In this document: in pieces, positions 27,126-41,100 of the stretch
How positions within the stretch are numbered: position 1 is the stretch's first letter
Layout: each line of letters opens with the position of its first letter
Assembly (NCBI RefSeq): GCF_004010195.1
Contig: NC_057718.1
Span: forward strand, 50,725,018 to 50,789,017
Length of the DNA stretch: 64,000 nt
Source: Chiloscyllium plagiosum
Lineage: Eukaryota
Direction: 5' to 3'
The notes under the pieces: model-generated
Database searches by the model: none
Seen by the model: the letters and a program-made list of their open reading frames with translations, nothing else
Told to the model about the DNA's origin: nothing
Position numbers and translations under genes: made by a program

Positions 27126-27941
27126 ATGGGAAAGTGTGAAGTCATGCACTTTGGTAGGAAGAATAGAGGCATGGAGTATTTTCTAATTGGGGAGAAAATT
27201 CAGAAGTCTGAACTTCAAAGAGACTTGGGCATTCTAGTCTAGGATTTTGTCAAGGTAAACTTGCAGGTTGAGTTAGTAGTTAGGAAGGCAAATGCATTGA
27301 TGGCATTTATTTTGAGAGGATTTGAATATAAAAGCAGAGATGCACATCTGAGGCTCTATAAAACCCTGCTCTGACCGCATTTGAAGTATTGTGTGCAATC
27401 TTGGGCCCCATATCTCAGGAAGGATGTATTGGCCCTGGAGAGTGTTTAGAAGAGATTCACGAGAATGGTCCCAGGAATGAAAAGCTTAACATATAAGGAA
27501 TGTTTGAGGACTCTGGGTCAATACTCATTGAAGTTTAAAAGGATGAGGGAGGGATCTAATTGAAACTTACAGAATACCGAATGGCTTGGACAGAGTGGAT
27601 GTTAGGAAGATGTTTCCATTGGTAGGAGAGATTAAGATCCGTGGACAATGCCTTTGAGTAAAAGGAAGACCTTTAGAACAGAAATAAGGAGAAACTTCTT
27701 CAGCCAGAGAGTGGTGAATCCCTGGAATTCATTGCCACAGAAGGCTATGGAGGACAGGTCATTGAATGTTTTTAAGATTGAGATAGATAGGTTCTTGACT
27801 ATCAAGAGATCAAGGGTTATGGGGGGCAAGTGGGAGAATGGGGTTAAGAAACTTATCAGCCATGATTGAATGGTGGAGCAGACTCAATGAGCTGAATAGC
27901 TGAACTTCTGCTCCTATGTCTTATGGTCTTCTAGTCTTATG
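27126..27941 (+). mobile_element. CR1 LINE 3' fragment
   Basis: KCEVMHFGRKN, QRDLG and RRNFFSQRVVNPWNSLP; ends ctcctatgtcttatggtctt. Confidence 0.93.
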
Positions 27942-28828
27942 ATCCAGACTGTAAAAATTGCTGATTCATGAAATTGCTTCCTGAAGGGCTTCATGTTGCT
28001 CACATAAAAGGCTACATACTCAGACAGAAAAAGAATGGTCTCCATCCACTTCAGTTGATGTCACCACCATTTTCTATTTGCAGTGCACATTAATGATATG
28101 AAAATCGAAATCAACACAAGTCACATATTACAGTAAGTCTCAGGCTTGGCCTGGTAATCAAGGACCACCCTTGCCCCAAAATCTTAGTGTCTCATTATTC
28201 CTAGCAATCCCCGGCCAGTTCGTCAGTACTAATCATCCATATGTTCCCATACACCACTTGGAATCATGTCTAAAGTGCTCATGATTCATGCCCCAACCTT
28301 CCAGTTTAGTCAGGCCACTGTCATGCTACACTGTCTCCTTGAGGCTATGGTGATGCTGACTGTCACTAACCTCTAACCCTTAGTATCCTGTGCCCTCCCT
28401 TGAACTATCATCTCCACCTTATCTGTCAAATCTCCCCCTTCACAATTCTTATCCACTCTGCATCACAATTCTTACCCACTCTGCATCCTGACTTGCTTTC
28501 TCTACTCCCCAGAACTGAGTTCCCCAACTTCCCTAACTTCCCTACCACTGCAATGTCCCATGATAACTTCCCTTGACTTTCATTAGGACTGACCATGGCC
28601 CAATGCCCAGACAGACTTTTATGGATAGCTCCAATTGGTGATTGGCCACACCCTTGACTGGTCTGTGTGCAGTTCCCTAATTGACATACTGTGTATCTCC
28701 GACTCTTTGCGCTGGGCCTGAAGGACTGAAAATTGTCTACGCCCCAGACTGTAGTGAGTTGGATTTCTGATCTTGAGAACCCAAATAGTTGATGTAGTGT
28801 GTCCAAATCTAGATTGTAATTTACTGTG

Positions 28829-29060
28829 CAGAAGTGAGCACTGCAGATACTGGAGATCAGAATCAAGATTAGAGTGATGTTGGAAAAGCACAGCAGGTCA
28901 GGCAGCATCCGAGGAGCAGGAAAATCAACGTTTCAGACAAAAGCCCTTCATCAGGAATCATTTCTGATGAAGGAATGTTGCCCAAAACATCGATTTTTCC
29001 TGCTCCTTGGATGCTGTCTGACCTGCCGTGCTTTTCCAGCACCACTCTAATCTTGACTCT
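28829..29060. mobile_element. Penelope-like fold-back insertion with two decayed hammerhead cores
   Basis: Imperfect palindrome ~28859-29060; target duplication taatttactgtg at 28817-28828 and 29061-29072. Confidence 0.85.
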
Positions 29061-31410
29061 TAATTTACTGTGATGGTCCCCTGACCATCTGCACTCTCCC
29101 TTGAACTGACTGAGGACTATTCCCCTTAGACTTTGAGACAAGGCCATTCTATTCAGATCTACAGTTTTCTAAGAGAATAATATCTTGTGACCTAACCTAG
29201 ATATGGCTATACATATATTAAATGGGTCCCCAAGTTCACTTTGATCTACTTAATTGGAGCAAGCTGTTAACTAGAATATAATCTGTTATTTCATCATTTT
29301 GAATGCCTTAACCAGATCACTGTTAAAAATAAGCAGTTTCACAGCATAAAGTTTCAGTTCTTTAGTAGATCTTTGAGAACTAAGATATCTTAAAGAGGAA
29401 ATTAATTAGTCACTACTTCCACATCTTATCCAAAGTCATGATATCAATTATCAGGGTGTGCATTTTATGAGGTGTGTGATTAAGTGACCACAGGCTCAAA
29501 ATTGAGCATTCCAAATTGAACCACAGCCAGGAAAATTGGGCCTGACAGAGAATTAACCAAACTTATCTAACAACAGCCAACAGCCATTGGCTACAGAGAA
29601 CAATGGAAACCAAGATCAAAAAGGTCACAAAGGTTCAGGGGAACCAGTTATAACTAACCAAATAGTCATTTATTGGAAGATCAATCAGATATTCTGCAAC
29701 ATGGTAACTTGACTTCCTGAGTGTGTGCACTTTACAACTCCTAGCATGGCAACTTTGAAGAATGCTGGCATGACTCCATTAGATGACCTGAACCCAGCTC
29801 ATGATCCCATTCTGGAAGTTCAGGGTCAAGGGGGTTATAAGAAAACACACCCGGGTGCCACCAACTCGGTGAAGATGCAGCGAAGACTCAGTGTGAAAAT
29901 TAACAGGTAAGGTTGGCAGCAAGATTTGCAGCAGAAGATCATGCAGCAACCTAAGAACACCCAGGCGAAGATCCACCTTGATCTGGAGACCAACTTTCAT
30001 GGAAGAAAGCTAATCCCATGGCAGAGAGGAAGGAGATTCCAATGGCCCATCTCAAACATGTGGATGATTGTGAATAATATCCTCTCTCAGATGGATGAGC
30101 TGAATACAGAGTAAACCCATTGTGTTTAAATAAGGAATTATGCATTAATAAAATCAGACTGAATTATAAACTGAGTTCTATGTACCTTTGTTCACCTCAA
30201 CAACATGAGCGCTAGGGTAGAATATGTTTAATACATGAACTGATCAAAGTGTCCAAATCATAGACAACAATTGGGGGTTGGCGATATGAATTTAATGTTG
30301 TTCTTTCTCTGTTGCACAAACTGTTACACAAGCATCTGCAGCAAGTATTGAGAATCCAGCAACTCTGACAAAGAACATTAAACGGATTTTTGAAAATACA
30401 AATGAAGGGGTTGCTGATGACAACAGTAGCCAGTGCAAAACACAAGCAATCGACCAGTTTGGTTAGCAGAAGTACATGAAACATGTGAATTGACTAAATT
30501 TGAAAAAGAACATCAAAGACATACATGGTATGCACAAAGCTACTCACATAGTCGCTGTTATTCAGATACACAAATAAATGCACAATCAATTTCTTCCTCA
30601 TAAGCATCTTTTAATTATTTTCTTTTGCTGAAATGGAATCAACCTCTTCCAGCTGTATCACGTAATAGCCTGAGCCGAGCGTGGTCTCATGCTGTGGCGT
30701 TCAAAACTGTGTTTGACTAATCAATCTGACAGTGTTCTGAAATCTTGCCCTTTCTACTGCTGATTAGTGTCAATTTGGAAACACTTTCCACTTATATTTT
30801 CCCTGTTTCTGCATTTTTAAAATCTCCATTGCCCTTTAATAAGCCATTGTAAATCCTTACTAACAAAGTTGCCTTTTTGCCTTTTCATATTAAGATGAAA
30901 TTATGGAACAGTGCCAGAGACTAGGATTTTGTTCTGTGACTTGCTTATCCATTTAGTGATGCTTATTTGTTTATTCAGCTTTGCACAAGATAAATATATA
31001 TTCCACAACATTTAACTTTACATATTAGTTCCATTCCAGGTAAAGTGGAATAACCAGATGACACAAAATTAACACCTCTTCCATCAGAAAATGACATTTG
31101 AGAGTTTTAATAGTTCTGTCTATGATATTTGGCACTTTTTCTGATGCATTGATCTAAATTCTAAATTAACATCTTTCTGACTAATGATTTTCCTCGTGTG
31201 GTTTAATTGTAATTACTGTTGCATTTTCTATAAATCTATTGCAAAAAATTGAATGCAAATATGCTGCTATGAATTTACAATGTTTATATTGCTTGAGCTT
31301 TTAAAATCTGAAATGGTGACTTCTGACATATGCTGTGTGAATTGCATCTACAACTATTTTTTATTGACTTGAATTTGTTAGACAACGGCCTTTTCAGCAT
31401 TAGTGAGTCT

Positions 31411-31712
31411 TAGAGTCATAGAGATGTACAGCACAAAAACAGACCCTTCGGTCCAACTTGTCCATGCCAACCAGATATCCCCACCCAATCTCGTCCTACC
31501 TGCCAGCACCCTTCCTCCAAACTCTTCCTATTCATATACCCACCCAGATGCCTTTTAAATGTGCAATTGTACTAGCCTTCTCCACTTCCTCTGGCAGCTC
31601 ATTCCATACACATACCACCCTCTTCGTGAAAATGTTACCGCTTAGGTCCCTTTTATGTCTTTCCCCTCTCACCCTAAAGCTATGCCCTCTAGTTCTGGAC
31701 TCCCCCACCCCA
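31411..31712 (-). mobile_element. CR1 3' end (HER1-like tail)
   Basis: SRTRGHSFRVRG...FTKRVVCVWNELP; tail tagagtcatagagatgtacagcac. Confidence 0.88.
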
Positions 31713-32579
31713 CACATTTTATATTTGTACAGTAATAAACTATTGAACAGTAAGATCAACCTATTGCTAAATTAGAATGAGTCTTTCAGTAACTTTTGGT
31801 TCCTCTGAATTGCATTTTGAATTTGACTTTATTAAAAACATGTATAGAGAAGAACAGTTATGCGTCAAGTTAAATGTAGGTTAAAAAACGCCTGTCCCAT
31901 AAAACCTGTCCCTAATTCCCCAAAGCTTAATGTCCAGTGTTACTGGCTTTCCAGCATATCTCATAGTGACCCAGAATTCAGTTACCTTATGCCTGTGGAG
32001 AAAATGAGAACAAAGATGATTGATTATCTGAGGATACACTACAATAAGTACAATAATTCCACTCCATCACTTCATATTTGAAAGTCTCGGACTAATAAGT
32101 AGGGCCAGCATTATAGAAAAAACAAATCTTGGTAAAGTAATCGATTTTTCCAGTGATCTAACATACAAGAGTTCTGAAATTTTAAATCCATCTTTATAAA
32201 CTACATTTAGTAAACTAGGAGAATGTATGTTAGATAACAAGTAAGGGCTCAATGATCCTGAAGCTCCATTTTCAATTTTGAAGATCTAGCATTATCAATA
32301 AGAGAAGTCAAGCTATCAGAAAATGTTACTATCACTTAATCTGACTAGTACAACAACCAGTTCAGATATTGACCCTTATTTTGCTTCAGAGCCCTACATA
32401 AAGGAAATGGCTACATAAAATGGCCGACAGGCAGAAGTGAAGAAGAATTTGTGTAAGGAGACAGGATGTCACAAATACCAGTTCACCGGAGAGCATGGTC
32501 ACATGTTATTTGTGCTATTGGGGAAATTAACCTAGATCCTTAAGCCAGTTTTATAGGAGAATTATTGGTGTCCAAAGGA

Positions 32580-32870
32580 ATCAGTACAGAGGGAGTGCTG
32601 CCCTGCTGGAAATACTGATTTGTAGGTGAGGTACTAAGCTGAGTATATGATACTACACTCACAGGGAAATGTAATTTATCACTTGGCATTATTGAGAAAT
32701 AGCTTCCAAGTTGATAATGAATTATTTAGTTCATTTCAATCCTTGTGAGTTTGCTATTTACAAATTAGTTGTTGTGCTTTCTACAGTAAAAGTCATTATA
32801 TTTCAGAATGATACAATTGATAATAAATCTTTTTAGGATTTTCTGAAGTCATGAAATGCACTCCTGAAAT
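32580..32870 (+). mobile_element. Ancient Deu-domain SINE remnant (SacSINE1/AmnSINE1-like)
   Basis: cagtacagagggagtgctgc and ttgtgagtttgctatttacaaattag...tttctgaagtcatgaaatgcact resemble the family consensus as I recall it; very diverged. Confidence 0.5.
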
Positions 32871-32875
32871 GATAT

Positions 32876-32970
32876 GAGTAAGGGTCACCAGATCTGAAAT
32901 GTTAACTCTGATTTTTCTTTACAGGCACTGCCAAACCTGCTGAGCTTTTCCAGCAACTTTGTTTTTTTTC
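32876..32970 (+). mobile_element. Penelope-like terminal-repeat remnant
   Basis: aagggtcaccagatctgaaatgttaactctg...ctgccaaacctgctgagcttttccagcaac. Confidence 0.6.
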
Positions 32971-33741
32971 CCCCAGAAAACTGTGTTTTCTTACTTCTCA
33001 GTTTCTCTTTATAGTTTAATTACTTTGCTTATCTGTAATTTACCTTCTGATACATATTGTCTCTGATTCTCTACTTTATTCAATTTTGTCTTTTACTTTT
33101 TGGTTATTTCATATCACACACTTTATGATTGAATTGGCGATGTTTAGCTTTGTCATGTTACTCTTGGAAACCTTCAATTCCTGTGTGAGCTGAATGTTGA
33201 AAGGATTCATAGAAGAATTGAACAGGAAAAAATATAACATGAAACTGAAGAATTATCTATTAGATTGTTGTGTGATAACCCCTCATAATGGAATGGAATG
33301 ACAATTATTGAATTCCTGCCCAAAAGCCTGAGATTGTTCCACACCTTGATTACTACTCCAGATGACCTGCTGTGAGAGAAAGGTATGTTATTTTTTATCT
33401 CTTCTCCTGTGTGCAAAACAAGCCTTGAGCTTACAAATTAATGAAAAATGTCTAAAACTGCAACTTCTCTTTCGAAATGATTGACATGGCTCGAGTACTT
33501 TTCACGCACAGGAAGACATCTCAAAGCACAGGCTAAGGGCTGTGGAATAAGTGGATGTTGAGCCAGGGGAGTTTAGAAGCATTGCATAACAGAAAATGTT
33601 TTGAAAAATAGAGAGGGTAAGGGCAAAGCTAAACAATTTTGGGAGAACATTCTTGAGAGAAATGCACAGTGACTAAAAGAATTCTAACCAAAGTTAAAGT
33701 GCAGCAAGTGTGGGGGAAACCAATATCAGGGAAACTAAGAT

Positions 33742-34125
33742 AATGCAAAGAACTGCAGATGCTGGAAATTTGAAACAGAAAGAGAAAGTTTGGAAATATT
33801 GAGCAGCTCTGGCAGCATCTGTGGAGAGAAAAAACAGACTTGACATCTCGAGTCCAGTGACTGTTTATCAGTACTGAAAGCAGCTAGGATGCCAGCTGAC
33901 AGGGAAGAATGCAAGTCAAAGATGGAGATGGTGCCCAGGGAGAGAAAAAGAGAGGGAATCAGACAAAGGGATTGTTGATCGTAAGCCAGGAGAGAAGTAA
34001 ATCATTACTTAATGGGAAGTGTGAAGAGTTGAAAATGGGTTGGCTGGTGCTGCGAGCAATCCATGCAGAATAGGACTCAGGGGTGTGGAGGAAGATGTTA
34101 ATGGTCTGAAATTGTTAAACTTTGG
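33742..34125 (-). mobile_element. Penelope-like 3' region remnant
   Basis: actgcagatgctggaaatttgaaacag...ggcagcatctgtggagag terminus followed by a purine-rich UTR-like tract. Confidence 0.6.
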
Positions 34126-37100
34126 AACAACACCTAGATTCATGTTTATGTGTAGGGGGATAAAAAAAAGAGTGTTCGAGCAGTTTCATCAGAAAGAAAA
34201 ATTTTGAGTAGTTTGAATAAATCTTTAACATTTGCGATGGTTCCAGGAGTAATGAGGCTCAAGTATCTGTCACAAATGGTCTAAGATAATCTTGGGAGAG
34301 ACCCATTCCATTGTCCTGGCATTACCAACACCACCCTAGTAATGAATGGAAAAGGGTTCCCTGCAAGTTCTCCAACTGGTGGATAAGACCACCGTTGGTC
34401 AAAATTCAAGCTATTATTTAGAACTGAATTTCTTCTAAACTTCAACAAGTTTGAAAAAAAATGACCAAAATGCACAGGGACAATGATGAAGGAAGCACAT
34501 GTAGGCACCAAAATAAAATCATTGACTTAAAACGTCAGAATCCAGGTGTACAATAGATGATGCATGTCAGGACCCCGTGGAAGTCTAGAAACCTAGACCG
34601 AGTTCCTTGGAAATTTAAATTCTCAGTGGACAAGTCCTCTGCGGCCCAGAACATTGTGTACTGGTACTAAACTCAAGGGGGGAAGTGAGGATGACTGCCC
34701 TCACACCAAACAAAATTTGAAGATACGTGGCATCAAGGAGCTTGAGCAAAACAGAAGCAAAAGGGAATGAGGGGAGAACTTCCTATTGGCTGGACTCATC
34801 TCAAGCACAAAAAGCAGATGGTGGTGGCTTGTTAAAGGTCAATATCTCAGCCATTGGATATCACAACAGGAGTTTATCAGCATAGTGTCCAACTACCTTC
34901 AACCGCTTCATCAGTGACCAAACTGCCATCGTGATATTAAAAGTGGGAAAGACATCATTTTCAACAAGATTTGCAACACCTCAGATAATGAAGAAACCCA
35001 TTTCCTAAAATGTCAAGTGTGTATAAATTTCAAGTTTGGGATCATAGGTTTCAGGTAAGATTAGCATCATGGAAGTGCCAGGCAACGGCCATCTCAAACA
35101 AGAGAGAATTCAACTATTGCCCCTAAAAACATTCAATGATATTTCCATTTCTTAATGTCCCACTATCAACATCCACGGGGCTACCATTGACCAAAACTGA
35201 ACTGGACCGGCCAAATAAATCCTTTGCAACAAGAGCAGGTCAGAATCTAAGAGTTCTGTTGTGATAACTTACTGCCTGACTTCTCAAAACCTGTTCACTA
35301 CTTACGAAGTGCGAGTTAGGAGTGTGATAGAACACTCTTAATTTGCCTGGGGAAGTACAACTCCGTAATAGTTAATAAGCTTCACACAATCTAGAACAAA
35401 GCAGCCTGCTTCATTGATACCCATCTAATATTGAACATTGACTCCCTTCACCACTGATGCAAAGTGGGAGCAGTGTACCCTGGAATCTTCCAGTAAGATG
35501 GCGGTGGTGGAGGGCTTCTGAGCCCGGGGCTTGTCCACCACATCCGCTTCTGTTTTTCTTCTCTCTTCTCCGTGTTTTTGTCTTTCTTTCCACTTGAATT
35601 TTATTTTTCTTATCTCGTAATGAAGAGCTTGGTCATGCTGACGGCATAAGCGGTGGCGAATGGGCCCAGCAGTTTGGACTGGAATATACCCAGCAGCATG
35701 AACTCGATTATACCCAGCAGCACGGACTCGAATATACCCAGTAGCATGGACTCGAATATACCCAGCAGTACGGACTCAAATATACCCAGCAGCATGTACT
35801 TGATTATACCCAGCAGCATGGACTTGAATATACCCAGCAGCATGGACTCGAATATACCCAGCAGCATGGACTTGAATATACCCAGCAGCATGGACTTGAA
35901 TATACCCAGCAGCATGGACTCGAATATACCCAACAGCATGGACTCAATTATACCCAGCAGCATGGACTTGAATATACCCAGCAGCACGGACTCAAATATA
36001 CCCAGCAGCATGGACTTGAATATACTTAACAGCATAGACTCAAATATACCCAGTAGCATAACCCGAATATACCCATTAGCAGCATGGACTCAAATATGCA
36101 CAGGAGCACGGATTTGAATATACCCAGCAGTATGTACTTGAAAATACCCAGCAGCAAAGACTGAATATACCCAGCAACACCGACTTGAATATACCCAGCA
36201 GGAGGGACTCGAATATACCCAACACCACGGACTCAAATATACCCAGCAGTATGGACTCGAATATACCCAGCAGCATGGACTCAAATATCCCCAGCAGCAT
36301 GGACTCGAATATACCCAGCAACATGGACTTGAATATACTCAACAGCACAAACTCGAATATACCCAGTAGCATGACCCGATGTTACCCATTAGCAGCACGG
36401 ACTCAAATATGCACAGGAGCACGGACTCGAAAATAACCAGCAGTATGTACTCGAAAATACCCAGCAGCAAAGACTGAATATACCCAGCAACACTGACTCG
36501 AATATACCCAGCAGGAGGGACTCGAATATACCCAACACCACGGACTCGAATGTACCCAGCAGCATGGACTTGAATATACCCAGCAGCATGGACTCAAATA
36601 TAGCCAGCATCATGTTCTCACATATACCCAGCAGCACGGACCCGAACATACCCAGCAGCACATTCTTGAATATATCCAGCAGCACGGACCTGAATATACC
36701 CAATAGCACAGACCCGAAAATACCGAGCTGCACAGACTCGAATATACCCAGCAGCACGGACGCAAATATACTCAGCAGCATGGACTCGAATATACCCAGC
36801 AGCATGTACTTGAAAATACCCAGCAGCACAGGCTGAATATACCCAGCAACACGGACTCAAATATACCCAGCAGCAGGGATTCGAATATACCCAGCAACAC
36901 ATACATTAAAATACTCAGCAGCACAGACTCAAATATACACAGCAGCAGGGACTTGACAATACCCAGCAGCACGGACTCGAATATACCCATCAGCATGGAC
37001 TCAAATATACCCAACTGCACTGACTGAATATACACAGCAGCACATAATCAAACATAACCAGCAGCACGTTCTCGCATATACCCAGCAGCACGGACCTGAA

Positions 37101-38012
37101 TATACCCAGCAGCACAGACTCGAATATACCCAGCAGCACATACATTAATATACTCAGCAGCACAGACTCAAATATACCCAGCAGCATGTACTCAAATATA
37201 CCCAGCAGCATGGACTCACCAGCAGCATGTACTCAAATATACCCAGCAGCATGGACTCAAATATACACAACAGCACTGACTGAAAATATCCAGCAGCACG
37301 TACTCGAACATACCCAGCAGCATATACTCAAATATATCCAACAGCACAGTCATGCATATACCCAACAGCACGGACCCGAATATACCGAGCAGCACAGACA
37401 CGAATTTACCCAGCAGCATGTATACTCAAATATATCCAGTAGCACAGACTCAAATATATCCAGTAGCACAGACTCAAATATACCCAGCAGCATGTACTCC
37501 AATATACCTAGCAGCGAGGACTCAAATATCCCCAGCAGCATGGACTCAAATATACCCAACTGCACTGACTGAGTATACTCAGCAGCACGTTCTCGAACAT
37601 ACCCAGCAGCACGTTCTCGCATATACCTAGCAGCACGGACCTGAATATACCCAGCAGCACGGACTGGAATATACCCAGCAGCACATCCATTAAAATCTCA
37701 GCAGCACGGACTCAAATATACCCAGCAGCATGGACTCAAATATACCCAGCAGCATGTACTCAAATATACCCAGCAGCATGGACTCAAATATACTCAACAG
37801 CACTGACTGAAAATATCCAGCAGCACGTACCCGAACATACCCAGCAGCATATACTCGAATATATCCAACAGCACAGACATGAATATACCCAACAGCACGG
37901 ACCCGAATATACCGAGCAGCACAGACATGAATTTACTTAGCAGCATGTATACTCAAATATATCCAGCAGCATGGACTCGAATATACCCAGCAGCATGTAC
38001 TCCAATATACCT

Positions 38013-38165
38013 GGATTCTGGATCAGTGGTGCTGGAAGAGCTGATGAAGGGCTTTTGCCCGAAACGTCGATTTTGCCTGTCCTCGGATGCTGCCTAAATT
38101 GCTGTGCTCTTCCAGCACCACTGATCCAGAATCTGGTTTCCAGCATCTGCAGTCATTGTTTTTAC
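38013..38165 (+). mobile_element. Penelope-like fold-back insertion inside the minisatellite
   Basis: 13-bp target duplication ctccaatatacct (38000-38012, 38166-38178); perfect 28-bp inverted repeat 38014-38041/38106-38133. Confidence 0.9.
38041..38068 (+). ncRNA. Minimal hammerhead ribozyme core motif
   Basis: CUGAUGA-A-GGGC-UUUU-GCCC-GAAAC-GUC: conserved core, 4-bp stem II, GUC site; activity not shown. Confidence 0.7.
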
Positions 38166-41100
38166 CTCCAATATACCTAGCAGCATGGACTCAAATATAC
38201 ACAGTAGCACAGACTCAAATATACCCAGCAGCACGGACTCGAATATACCCAGCAATACAGACTCGATTATACCCAGCAGCTCATACTCGAATATACCTAG
38301 CAGCATGTACTCCAATATACCTAGCAGCACGGACTCACATACACACAGTAGCACAGACTCGAATATACCCAGCAGCACAGGCTCGATTATACTCAGGAGC
38401 ACGGACTTGAAGATACTCAGCAGCACGGACTCGAATATACCCAGCAGCACAGACTCGAATATACCCAGCAGCACGGACTCGAATATACCCAGCAGCACGG
38501 ACTTGAACATACCCAGCAGCACAGGCTCGATTATACTCAGGAGCACAGACTTGAAGATACTCAGCAGCACGGACTCGAATATACCCAGCAGCACAGACTC
38601 GAATATACCCAGCAGCACGGACTCGAATATAGCCAGCAGCACGGGCTCGAATATACCGAGCAGCACAGACTCAAATATACCCAGCAGCATGGACTCGAAT
38701 ATACCCAGCAGCACGGGCTCGAGTATTCCCAGTAGCATGACTCGAATATAACTATCAGCAGCATGGACTCAAATATGCCCAGCAGCACAGACTCGAATAT
38801 ACCCAGCAGCATGTACTCAAATATATCCAACGGCACGGACATGAATATACCCAACAACACGGACTCGAAGATTCCCAGCAGCATGTATTCAAATATACCC
38901 AGCAGAATGGACTCAAATATACCCAGCAACACAGACTCGAACATTCCCAGCAAAATGGACTGGAAAATACCCAGCAGCACACACTCGAATATATCCAGCA
39001 GCACGAACTTGAATATACCTAGCAGCACAGATTCGAATATACCCAGCAGCATGTACTCAAATATATCCAGCAGCACGGACTTGAATATACCAAGCAGCAT
39101 GGACTCGAATATACCCAGCCGCATGGACTCAAATATAACTGTCAGCAGCACGGACTCGAATATGCCCAGCAGCACAGACTCGAATATACCCAGCAGCATG
39201 TACTTGAAAATACCCAGCAGCATGTATTCAAATATACCCAGCAGAATGGACTCAAATATACACAGCAACACAGACTCGAACATTCCCAGCAAAATGGACT
39301 GGAAAATACCCAGCAGCACACACTCGAATATATCCAGCAGCACGGACTTGAATATACCAAGCAGCATGGACTCGAATATACCCAGCCGCATGGACTCAAA
39401 TATAACTGTCAGCAGCACGGACTCAAATATGCCTAGCAGCACAGACTCGAATATACCCAGCAGCATGTACTTGAAAATACCCAGCAGCACAGACTGAATA
39501 TACCCAGCAGCATGTACCCAAATATACTCAGCAGCATGGACTCAAATATACCCAGCAGCATGTACTCAAATATACCCAGCAGCATGTACTCAAATATACC
39601 CAGCAGCATGGCTCAAATATACCCAGCAGCATGTACTCAAATATACCCAGTAGCACAACTCAAATATACCCAGCAGCACAGACTCGAACATACCCAACAA
39701 CACGAACCCGCATATACCCAGCAACATGGACTCGAATATACCCAGTAGCGTTACACGAATATACCCAGCAGCAGCATGGACCCAAATATGCCCAACAGCA
39801 GGGATTCGAATATACCCAGCAGCACAGACTCAAGTATACCCAGCAGCAGGGATTTGAATATACCCAGCAGCACATACATTAATATACTCAGCAGCACGGA
39901 CTCAAATATACCCAGCAGCAGGGATTTGAATATACCCAGCAGCACATACATTAATATACTCAGCAGCACGGACTCAAATATACCTAGCAGCACGGACTCG
40001 AATATACCCAGCAGCACGGACTCGAACATACCCAGCAGCATGTACCCAAATATACTCAGCAGCATGGGCTCAAATATACCCAGCAGCATGTACTCAAATA
40101 TACCCAGCAGCATGGACTCAAATATACCCAGCAGCATGTACTCAAATATACCCAGTAGCACAACTCAAATATATCCAGCAGCACGGACTCGAACATACCC
40201 AACAACACGAACCCGAATATACCCAGCAGCACGGACTCGAACATACCAAGTAGCATGACTCGAATATACCCAGCAGCAGCACGGACTCAAATATGCCCAG
40301 CAGCACAGACTTGAATATACCCAGCTGCACGGACTCAAATATATCCAACAGCACGGACATGAATATACCCAACAGCACGTATTCGAATATTCCCAGCAGC
40401 ATGTACTCAAGTATACCCAGCAACATGGACTCAAAAATACCCAGCAGCATGTACTCAAATATACCCAGCAGAACGGACTCAAATATACACAGCAACACAG
40501 ACTCGAACATACCCAGCAAAATGGACTGGAAAATACCCAGCAGCACAGACTCGAATATATCCAGCAGCACGAACTTGAATATACCTAGCAGCACAGACTC
40601 GAATAAACCCAGCAGCATGGACTCGAATATACCCAACAGCACGGACTCGAATATACCCAACAGCATGGACTCGAATATACCCAGCAACACGGACTTGAAT
40701 ATACCCAGCAGTACAGACTCGAATATACCCGGCCGCATGGACTCAAATATAACCATCAGCAGCACGGACTCAAATATGCCCAGCAGCACTGACTCGAATA
40801 TACCCAGCAGCATGTACTTGAAAATACCCAGCAGCACAGGCTGAATATATCCAGCAACACGGACTCAAATATACCCAGTAGCACGGACTCGAATATACCC
40901 AGCAGTATGTACTCAAATATACCCAGCAGCATATACTCCAATATACCCAGTAGCACAACTCAAATATACCCAGCAACACGGACTCGAACATACCCAACAA
41001 CACGAACCTGAATATACCCAGCAACACGGGCTCGAATATACCCAGTAGCGTGACACGAATATACCCATCAGCAGCACGGACTCAAATATGTCAGGCAGCA

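Noticed and set aside
29186..30204. Solo LTR
   Set aside because: TG start, CA end and aataaa are present, but I found no target duplication or second copy.
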